NCBI RefSeq assembly: GCF_964355755.1
Contig: NC_092672.1
Coordinates: forward strand, 22,891,237-22,955,236
Length of the DNA: 64,000 nt
Reading direction: 5' to 3'
Source: Antedon mediterranea
Taxonomy: Eukaryota > Animalia > Echinodermata
The notes beneath the pieces were generated by a model, which was not told the origin of the DNA, did not search any database, and saw nothing but the letters and a program-made list of their open reading frames with translations. Position numbers and translations under genes: made by a program. Of the stretch, positions 27,301-39,300 are shown piece by piece (position 1 is the stretch's first letter; each line of letters begins with the position of its first letter).

Positions 27301-30300
27301 AAGGTCGCAACTACTTTAAGCTAAACTATAAAAACTGTATGCAATCTTAAAGGTTGCAACTACTTTAAGCTAAACTATAAATACTGTATGCAATCTTAAA
27401 GGTCGCAACTACTTTAAGCTAAACTATAAATACTGTATGCAATCTTAAAGGTTGCAACTACTTTAAGCTAAACTATAAATACTGTATGCAATCTTTTTAT
27501 TGGTATAATACAGAAAATAATTAAACAGCATAACCTTTATATCATTTACCTTGTTTTTCAGAATCAATTTCACATGGTCCAGTGACATCATCACTAATAA
27601 ACTCTATATTTCCAAGATGAAGTATACCACTTAGAACCTACAAATAAACACATTTTCAAATTCAATTCAAAAATTCAAAAAATAGAATTATAACATTACT
27701 ATTAGATTTATGTATAAAAAACATCAAAGTCTATTATCACTTATTTATATACTACCATTTGATTTTCATTACCATAAATTTGTAAAAGTTGTTTTGAATC
27801 AATATACTATCATAATTGTAAAAACTAGGTAAAAGTTCACTGATGTTTACTGTCCACATGTGCTGGATTAGTTCAACCAAGGCATCTAAACACGGTTCAG
27901 TTAGTTCACTGATGTTTACTGTCCACATGTGCTGGATTAGTTCAACCAAGGCATCTAAACACGGTTCAGTTAGTTCAATAATGTTTACTGTCCTCATGTG
28001 CTGGATTAGTTCAACCAAGGCATCTAAACACATTGCTTTGGTTCAGTTAGTTCACTGATGTTTACTGTCCACATGTGCTGGATTAGTTCAACCAAGGCAT
28101 CTAAACACATTGCTTTGGTTCAGTTAGTTCACTGATGTTTACTGTCCACATGTGCTGGATTAGTTCAACCAAGGCATCTAAACACATTGCTTTGGTTCAG
28201 TTAGTTCACTGATGTTTACTGTCCACATGTGCTGGATTAGTTCAACCAAGGCATCTAAACACATTGCTTTGGTTCAGTTACTAATAATATCACCACTAAG
28301 TTTAACCATGTTTTACCAGTTAATTCACTCTTCCCTTGTAAAACAATGTTTGTTAAGTAACCAGTTCTAATTAAGTAAAAGTTTCTTACTTTAAATAATT
28401 CTTGTTGCTGTGACCTGCTAAGTCCAACATTAGACATTGCTTACTAACTAATTAAGTAAAAGTTTCTTACTTTAAATAATTCTTGTTGCTGTGACCTGCT
28501 AAGTCCAACATTAGACATCGCTTACTAACTAATGAAGTAAAAGTTTCTTACTTTAAATAATTCTTGTTGCTTTGACCTGCTAAGTCCAACATTAGACATC
28601 GCTTACTAACTAATGAAGTAAAAGTTTCTTACTTTGAATAATTCTTGTTGCTGTGACCTGCTAAGTCCAACATTAGAAATTTCTTACTAACTAATTAAGT
28701 AAAAGTTTCTTACTTTAAATAATTCTTGTTGCTGTGACCTGCTAAGTCCAACATTACACATTGCTTGCTTTGTAACTATAAAATCTTGTTTATCCTTTTG
28801 ATTACCTGCATCTTCTGAACGGTTTAGTTTCACATAGTTTAAGTTGTCTGAACTCAATACATTTGGTAGTAACCAGTTCCTCATTTCCCTTTCATTTGCG
28901 CCAAACAGCATCTATGATAATTTGAAAGAAGAAATGTTAATGATATTATTAAAAAGACTAATAATGAGAATAATATAAACTAATAATATATTTCATGCTT
29001 TGATAACATTAGTAGAGTGAGTGCTTTCTTGCGCTATATTACAAAATGACAATTTTGTTTCAAGATGTTTAATATCAGTACCAGAAAGATCCTTTTCACA
29101 TCTGCCTACATTGATCTCCAGACTTATTACATGTTTTCATATTTACTAACGAACCTTGTGAAATCACGGGAAAAGTATTGTCATTGTATAGTTGACGGTG
29201 CTATCATTAGTACAATCTCAAGTTTGTGAGAAAAAAAAAGTCACGCTTCGATACTTTCAAACAGGTGTACGGTCAGTTAAATACCAGGACAAAGCACAAA
29301 TGCGCAGAACAAACAAAAAAACAGGCCCCTGTGAATATCAGTAGAATTTTAACAACCTGATTAAAACCAAAGGGTATATGTTTGCTATTAGCCTACTCAC
29401 TTTAGAAACATGGCAACAGAAATATGCAAATGTATCACAGTTTCCAGCAGTTAAGTTAAACAGTTGGTTATCCGGTTTAAAGGTACACAGAAATGAAACA
29501 TAACTAATACTAACTTGGTAAAAGATGTGAAAATTCCTGGCACCATCACATTGATAAACAACTCTAGTTTTCTCAAGAAGATATGTCTGAATAGAAGCAC
29601 CAACAACATGATTTCCACTGAAAACAAAATTGGAAAGTTAAAATAAGAATTCCTCTTGTGTGTAATTTCATTCTTCCCTGCTATGACACACAAAATGGCA
29701 TATGTAGAAACTCAAAATGCATGGCCTGTATACAGTATGTTGGTTGAACATTGACAAATAAAAATAATGTATGAAACTTACCGACTGAATTGTAGCTGAA
29801 TGTACTTTCCAAAGCGGCTACTATTGTGATTCCTGGTTGTGCTAGCATTGCCTAAGAACATGAAATAATAGTTGTCTAACAGAGATGGAGTTGTAGGGAG
29901 GTGTAGGGTACTGGGTGGCAAAAGATTAATATTACTGTGTATATATGAATACTGGTGCAGGCCATCAATTTCAATTAATTCTACTAGTCTTAATGATACC
30001 AAATCTGCCAAACAATTTGAGCATAAAATCTCACCAAATTCATATTTAGAACATACTGTAAGTTGGCCACTGCTCATCAACAGTTTTAGCCTATATATTA
30101 TAATAGGAGTTTAAAGGATTTTGGCACCATGACTGAAGGTTAAAGATTATGCTAGAATTACAAAATGTAAAATCAGTACACAAACTGCTTTAAATTAGCA
30201 TTTAAAATTTCATTTTACATAAAGCGTTAATCAATTTTAGGTTAGGTGTAGCTTTATTTATTTATTTTTAAATCAGTATGATATTTATTGACTTTTATAT

Positions 30301-33300
30301 TTCAGTTTTCTTAGGGAAGAGTTAAATTACAATTTAATTTAACTCTTCCCTCGTTTTCTTGTAATTTTAATGGTACCCTATCATTATGCTCATTTTTATT
30401 TGGTTCTCATCTCTTTATCGACTGTTCTTATTCTATTTTCTTCTTTATCTGTTGATGATAATGATGATGAATATAGAAAATTTGATATATTGATATGATT
30501 TAAAAATGCTGATTTTGTATATTTAACAAAAATAAAGGTCCAACTTCTAGCGATCTTTATTAGGACCATAACAGTACATAGATGTTTTTACATTTGAGAA
30601 TGACATGTGTATCTTACTGTACTTTATTAAAGATAAACATAATAATTACCAAATGCTTCAAGAATAGGATTTGAGTCTAATATTCTACGTTCAATGCAAT
30701 CTGCTGGTGATGGTGTAAAACCACTATGAACAAAAAAGACAACAAGTTATCACAAATAAGTAACAAAACAGAGACAAATCTATAATTATGATGAAATAAA
30801 AACTGTAATTTTACATACATGAGAGTGTTTAATGATATTAAATTAAATGTGTTTATTTTTATTACCCAGGGTTACATACTGCCACCATTGTCAGATATTT
30901 CAGTAAACATCTTGCATTCCATGTCTGTAATAAAACAATAATAAATAACAGAGAATAACAAACGTTTTTGTATGCTCACAAAAAATATTGACTAAACTGC
31001 ATTTGTGAAAATGGATTCCCTCTTTGCACGTCTGGCAAGCATTTATGTGACATTCAATAAATGCTGATTTTGTAACAGTGTCCTTTGAAACAGTAAAAAC
31101 AAATTATAGCACTCTCTATATACTTGTCCATGCTTTTAGCCTCTCTATTTTTATTTAAGTTTGGGCCTCTCCATTATTTCAAAATAAACAAGAAATGGTT
31201 TTAAAGGTAAACAAGGCCAACAGCCATTAAGTCGCGTGCTACAATGCATAGTGATACCGGACCGACAGACAAACAGACTGACAGACAGACAGACCGACAG
31301 TTTAAAAACATTTATATTTTTTTAATTTACACGTGCGTAGCCTGTCACATTTGACGTGCTCGTATAACGTAATTTCGAGTTGAAAATTAAGTCAAGAAAA
31401 CAGAAATCGGGCAAAAAGTGTGCGCAATAACATTTAACGCGCAGTGCGCGCGCAAAAATCTGCGCACTCATGGCAATTTTGTAAACGCTTAAAATTGCCT
31501 GAAACGTACTCTTATTTCATCGAAAATAAATTTTGAAAATTTTAAGCGCGCGTACGCATGCGTTACATGCGCTACGCACGTAATTGTAATGCCATATGAT
31601 GATTTATGCCCTGAAATTTATGAGTACCAAATTTTATTTAATTGTGATTCATGGTTGTTAAGATATGATTACAAACGTGATTTCGTTAAATCGTGCGTAG
31701 ACCGCGTAATTTTTTATTGCGCACCGTGAAAACATAACCACATCGATTCCTGGCCATAAGGAATATTCTGTGAAAAATTGACTTAGCTAGATTAAACTGA
31801 TATCAAGATAAGGTCATAAAGCGACAAAACGCATAGTGATACCGGACCGACAGACAGACCGACAGACAGACCGACAGACAGACCGACAGACAGACCGACA
31901 GACAGACAGACAGACAGACCGACCGACCGACTTAGTGAACTATAGAGTCGCTTCCACGCGACTAAAAATTGACTCTGATTACATTGGTGAAAACAAACGT
32001 AAAACTGAAATTGTTGAATTACCTTTCCAGAACCACTTTCACCGCTGACAATTATTGACTGATTAATCTTGTCTAGTCTTCTAGTAAGATTACACAAAGC
32101 TGTTTCTGCAATTACAAATACATGTGGTGGGTGTGCCTGAAAAAAAAAAAAATAAAGATATATATTCCCCAAAAAACATGAAAATGAGGATTAATAAAAT
32201 CAAGCCATTTTGCAGTTTTAAAAAAGTTATTCATTTTAAAGAAATAAAAACAAACAAATATAGTGTTTTTACTTTAAAAAAAGACAAAATTAATGGTTAA
32301 ACTTAACCAAATGCTAAAAAATTACAATTTTTCAGGTAAATAATGTTTTTTGTCCAATTTTTGGTCAAAGTGAATAACTACAGTATTATGTGACATAAAA
32401 TAGCATATTCAGCAAAACAATTATCTTTTCAGAGGAGCTCTGCATATATACTCTAGTAGCTAGATCAACTTTCGTATGCACTTTGAGGTCCAGAGAATTT
32501 GACTTCAGAAATTGGTTTAGGGTGGTCAAACAATCATTTTTGGCTTGGTTACACATTATGAAAATGTGGCGAAAGGTCAAAAGGTCAGGGTCAAAGGTTA
32601 TAAAATCAAACACCATTATGTTCTTAAATCTCGACAACCACTGGTCACAGCGAGGTAATTTTGGTCTTAAATTAATCAGAAGGTATACATTTATATTCAG
32701 TCTAATGAAACATTTTAGTCGAAAATGACCGGAAATGCCATTTCTGACCTTTGACCCATAAACCAGGGCATGTCTGTATCTCCGTAACTATTGGCCGTAG
32801 TGACTTGAATTTGGGCTCAAATTGTTCGAAATATACATTTAGTTATTTGTTACACATTTTGAAAAATGTTACAAAAGGTCAAAGGGTCAAGGTCAAGGGT
32901 TATTTGAACAAATAAAAAAAGGTACTTGTATCTCGGCAACCACTGGTCGCAGCAAGACAATTTTGGTCTCAAAATGTTCAGAAGGCATGCATTTATATTC
33001 CATCTAATGGGGCATTTTAGTCAAAAATGATCAGAAATGCCATTTCTGACCTTTGACCCACATACCAGGGCATCTTCATATCTCTGTAAGTACAGGTCGT
33101 AGAAACTTAAATTTGGTATCAAATTGTTCGAAATATACATATTTACATTCATTGTAATAGAAAATGTGGTTAAAAGATGAACAGAAATACTATTACTAAT
33201 GTTTCAAACAAAAAACATATCTACACAACTTATCCTTAGACAATAATGTTATGCAATAACTGATACTTTAAATTGTTTTAATTTCAAGTTATTGCTGTCC

Positions 33301-36300
33301 CCGAGGACATTTTGATAGAAACGTTAAGCTCAACAGTTCTTTTCAGAATGCTAGAAGTAACTTGCCATATGTATCCGATTAAACGCTCCAGGCATTTATT
33401 GTTCAAAAGGGTTTTTAGGGGGAAAGGAGGCATCTTTATTTGGGGTATAATATGGTAACATGTATAATCAAATAAATACCACCTAGATGTAAAAAAATAC
33501 TGCACAATTAATATCAAAAAGTGATAAAATTATGTCAAAATGCTTGGTAAATTGTAGATTATTGTAGTTAATGAAATGTGTTGACGTGATACAATTATTC
33601 TGTAAATGCATGTGGCATGTTTATTCCACATGGTGTTCTATTGGAGGGAATGGTGGCGTTTATTTGAAGGAATACTCTAATTTTAATAATTGTATTTCGT
33701 TTCTCAACTGATAAAAGGTACTTTACATGATTCGTTTTCCTCTTTATGCTTTTTAACGAAATGTTTCTGTCTTTTAAAATAAAGGTGATAGATTCCATTA
33801 AATGGATCTTCTCCTCCAGGTGCCAGTATAATGATATAAAACAATGACACATCATTATCCTGACACGATTGCACTCATAATGGATCTTCATTCTATCATC
33901 TATTTGTTTGTAACTACAATTTGACAACAATCTTTTGCATAGTTTTAAATGCCAATACATAGTTTCATTACTATTGTACAATATGTCCAGCTTTCCTGAA
34001 AACACCCTTGTGTACTGTAGTACAGTGTTGTAGTATGATTTTATCATGATAAACTTCTGATGCTTTTATTGTCAATGCATTCAGTACCTATAAACATGTC
34101 AAAGTTTCTAGTGGTATTGATAATAAATCTCCAGAAATATATATTGTTTTATTATCTACACTGGGAACAGACATGTATGTATAAGTGTTGTCGTTGACAT
34201 TCAAAACTATTATGCAACAGTGTTACGTAATAATGACAATGACTTGGTTTATTATTGTGGTCTCCGATACCTTTTATTACATGATTGTACTTCCTCCAGG
34301 ATAGAATGAGGTTTAATCCCGTTATTATTCTTATTATATATATATATTTTTTTTATATATATATCTGGGGTGTATTTATTTGATTATACATGTTACCATT
34401 ATTACACCCAACAAAATAAACACCTTCCCTGAATAAATAAATGCTAGAGGATTTTATTCGGGTAACTACAGTAAATAACTTCTAGCATTCTCAAAATGTT
34501 TGAACGTTAGGGGGTCAACAATACTTTCTAGCATTATTATAAGCAAAAGTACAATTATTACAAACAGTAAAGGATTTGTTTTAATTCCTACAGTATAATG
34601 AAATCATTAAGCATCAATTATTGCATAACATTACTGTCTAATGATAAGTTAGGTAGATATGTTTTTCATTTAAAAGATTAGTAATTAATAGTATTTCTGA
34701 TCATCTTTTATCCAAATTTTCTGTTAGAATGAATTAAATATGTGTATTTCTAACAATTTGATACTAAATTTAAGTTTCTACGACCTGTACTTACAGAGAT
34801 AAGAAGATGCCCTGGTATGTATGTCAAAGGTCAGAAATGTCATTTCCGGTCATTTTTTACTGAATATGAATGTATACCTTCTGAACATTTTGAGACCAAA
34901 ATTTACTCGCTGTGACCAGTGGTTGCCGAGATACAAATACCTATTTGTGTTTATTCATATAACCCCTGGCCTTGACCTTTTGTAACATTGTTCAAAATGT
35001 GTAACAAATAACTAAATGTATATTTCGAACAATTTGAGCCCAAATTCAAGTCACTACGGCCAATAGTTACGGAGATACAGACATGCCCTGGTTTATGGGT
35101 CAAAGGTCAGAAATGGCATTTCCGGTCATTTTCGACTAAAATGTTTCATTAGACTGAATATAAATGTATACCTTCTGATTAATTTAAGACCAAAATTACC
35201 TCGCTGTGACCAGTGGTTGTCGAGATTTAAGGACATAATGGTGTTTGATTTTATAACCTATGACCCTGACCTTTTGACCTTTCGCCACATTTTCAAAATG
35301 TGTAACCAACCCAAAAATGATTGTTTGACCACCCTAAACCAATTTCTGAAGTCAAATTCTCTGGACCTCAAAGTGCATACGAAAGTTGATCTAGCTACTA
35401 GAGTAATATCTCTAAGTTCTCAACAGAGGAAATAATAATATTTTTGCCCAATATTGAAGATAAAGTGAAGTCAAGATTTTAATAGTGATGTCATCAACAT
35501 ATCAATTTTCCTAAAAATCAATAGTATACTAGCAAATCATTGTTTACCTTTTGATCACTATGGTAACGATGAATCATATGAACATCAAAATGTCCAGTTT
35601 CTTTGAAAGGATTCAAAGTAACAAGTGTGTTGCCAGTCTGAGTGTGGTATCTACCAGCTAAGTACCGTTCACGTAAACAGTTCAGCACTATGAACAGAAA
35701 ATATTAGGTTAAGTAACAAGTGTGTTGCCAGTCTGAGTGTGGTATCTACCAGCTAAGTACCGCTCACGTAAACAGTTCAGCACTATGAACAGAAAACATT
35801 AGGTCTTAAAAGTAACAAGTGTGTTGCCAGTCTGAGTGTGGTATCTACCAGCTAAGTAGCACTCACGTAAACAGTTCAGCACTATGAACAGAAAACATTA
35901 GGTTAAGTAACAAGTGTGTTGCCAGTGTGAGTGTGGTATCTACCAGCTAAGTACCGCTCACGTAAACAGTTCAGCACTATGAACAGAAAACATTAGGTTA
36001 AGTAACAAGTGTGTTGCCAGTTTGAGTGTGGTATCTACCAGCTAAGTACCGCTCATGTAAACAGCTCAGCACTATGAACAGAAAACATTAGGTTAAGTAA
36101 CCAACGTGTGTTGCCAGTATTTTGTCTAATTTTCTTCAAATTGTCCGCTGTTCTACTCTAAAAATGTATTAGTTTATACTGTAATTATAAAATTTTATTT
36201 TAAAATGGTCTTTAATTGCAGGGAAATTTGAAGGAAATTGTTCAGTTGGATTCATCCAAATTGTGGTCTCTGATCTCTAATTAGAGGGAGGCAGCAGCTA

Positions 36301-39300
36301 ATGGTAAAAAATAGGTGATCATCTGGCTTTAAATTAGATTGAGCTTTTAATTAAAGGGGTCTTTAATAGAAGGAAGACCTGTATAGTACTAACAACCATT
36401 GAAACATGTGTCTACTATTAATTCACTTACCAGCAGGTTCTGAGAGAGGATTAAGCAAAACAAGATCATCTGTATTGATCCAATCTGTTTGAGTACACAG
36501 CACTGGATAGCCAGCATGACCACGTATCACAACCTCCTAGACAATGAAGTTACAAGCAATATTTAAAATACATTATATAGAATACTTAGTAGCAAGGTTG
36601 GGTTGTTGACATAGATGGTATGCTTCCCTCCCCTCCTTACCTCACAATTATATTTTGTGTCTATAATCTTGCCATCACTAAAACATGAATCAACACACGC
36701 TGGAACCCAAACCTCTTACCTGGCCATTAGATTTAGTCACTATAATCTTGCCATCACTAAAACATGAATCAACACATGCTGGAACCCAAACCTCTTACCT
36801 GGCCATTAGATTTAGTGACTATAATCTTGCCATCACTAAAACATGAATTAACACATGCTGGAACCCAAACCTCTTACCTGGCCATTCGATTTAGTGACTA
36901 TAATCTTGCCATCACTAAAACATGAATTAACACACGCTGGAACCCAAACCTCTTACCTGGCCATTAGATTTAGTGACTATAATCTTGCCATCACTAAACA
37001 TGAATTAACACACGCTGGAACCCAAACCTCTTACCTGGCCATTAGATTTAGTCACTATAATCTTGCCATCACTAAAACATGAATCAACACATGCTGGAAC
37101 CCAAACCTCTTACCTGGCCATTAGATTTAGTGACTATAATCTTGCCATCACTAAAACATGAATTAACACATGCTGGAACCCAAACCTCTTACCTGGCCAT
37201 TCGATTTGTGACTATAATCTTGCCATCACTAAAACATGAATTAACACACGCTGGAACCCAAACCTCTTACCTGGTCATTAGATTTAGTGACTATAATCTT
37301 GCCATCACTAAACATGAATTAACACACGCTGGAACCCAAACCTCTTACCTGGCCATTAGATTTAGTCACTATAATCTTGCCATCACTAAAACATGAATCA
37401 ACACACACTGGAACCCAAACCTCTTACCTGGCCATTATATTTAGTGACTGTAATCTTGCCATCACTAAAACATGAATTAACACATGCTGGAACCCAAACC
37501 TCTTACCTGGTCATTAGATTTAGTGATTATAATCTTGCCATCACTAAAACATGAATCAACACACACTGGAACCCAAACCTCTTACCTGGCCATTAGATTT
37601 AGTGACTGTAATCTTGCCATCACTAAAACATGAATTAACACATGCTAGAACCCAAACCTCTTACCTGGCCATTAGATTTAGTGACTATAATCTTGCCATC
37701 ACTAAAACATGAATTAACACACGCTGGAACCCAAACCTCTTACCTGGCCATTAGATTTAGTGACTGTAATCTTGCCATTACTAAAACATGAATTAACACA
37801 CACTGGAACCCAAACCTCTTACCTGGCCATTAGATTTAGTGACTGTAATCTTGCCATCACTAAAACATGAATTGACACATGCTCGAACCCAAACTTCTTT
37901 TTCATCATGTATCCACACCATTAACCCCTGAAAGTACAGTAAACAGTTCATTATTCAATTCAATCAACTTTTATTATCCACAATCTGATTCTTTTGGTTG
38001 TGGCAGACTCACAAATGTAAACAAACATTTAAAACAAATGTTTAAAATACACATGTATACAAATTATTGCTAAAGAGTAATTTTTGTAAAGTCTAACAGC
38101 TTTCATAATAAATTATTCATTTGGAGCTTTGAGGACTAATTAATATGTATTGAAAAGAGGATGTGTTTAATTTTGAAGGATCTAATAGTAATTATTCTGT
38201 ATATAATTAAAACCATTCATGAATACGTACATGTGTGACGTTTCAACTTGTTTTTAACAAGTCAGGCAATGACTATTTGTAATTTGTAATAGTCTGTGAT
38301 TTTCCGAAGTTCTTTGCCTTTTTAGGGGGCGCTAATCTACAACTAGCAAAGCTACAGTACTCCTAGCAACTACTAACATCTAGTCAGTTGCCAGATGAAG
38401 ACTTATTAAAAACAAGTTGAAACGTTGCACATGTACGCATTATTTTTAAACAATCTACTGATTTAAAGAAGGGCTTACACAGATGGAATTAGTAAATTAA
38501 CCAGCCAATGTGTGGGGCAACCATTTCATTCCATGTCTTTAATACCCTAATGAATAACTGTGCCAAGTATCAGAATGTTCACTTCAGGTCTACTAAAGTA
38601 GGACTACTATGCATGACAAGTGTCAGAATGTTCACTTCAGGTCTACTAAAGTAGGCCTACTATGCATGACAAGTGTCAGAATGTTCACTTCAGGTCTACT
38701 AAAGTAGGCCTACTATGCATGACAAGTGTCAGAATGTTCACTTCAGGTCTACTAAAGTAGGCCTACTATGCATGACAAGTATCAGAATGTTCACTTCAGG
38801 TCTACTAAAGTAGGCCTACTATGCATGACAAGTGTCAGAATGTTCACTTCAGGTCTACTAAAGTAGGCCTACTATGCATGACAAGTGTCAGAATGTTCAC
38901 TTCAGGTCTACTAAAGTAGGCCTACTATGCATGACAAGTGTCAGAATGTTCACTTCAGGTCTACTAAAGTAGGCCTACTATGCATGACAAGTGTCAGAAT
39001 GTTCACTTCAGGTCTACTAAAGTAGGCCTACTATGCATGACAAGTATCAGAATGTTCACTTCAGGTCTACTAAAGTAGGCCTACTATGCATGACAAGTGT
39101 CAGAATGTTCACTTCAGGTCTACTAAAGTAGGCCTACTATGCATGACAAGTGTCAGAATGTTCACTTCAGGTCTAAGTAGGCCTACTATGCATGACAAGT
39201 GTCAGAATGTTCACTTCAGGTCTACTAAAGTAGGCCTACTATGCATGACAAGTGTCAGAATGTTCACTTCAGGTCTACTAAAAGTAGGCCTACTATGCAT

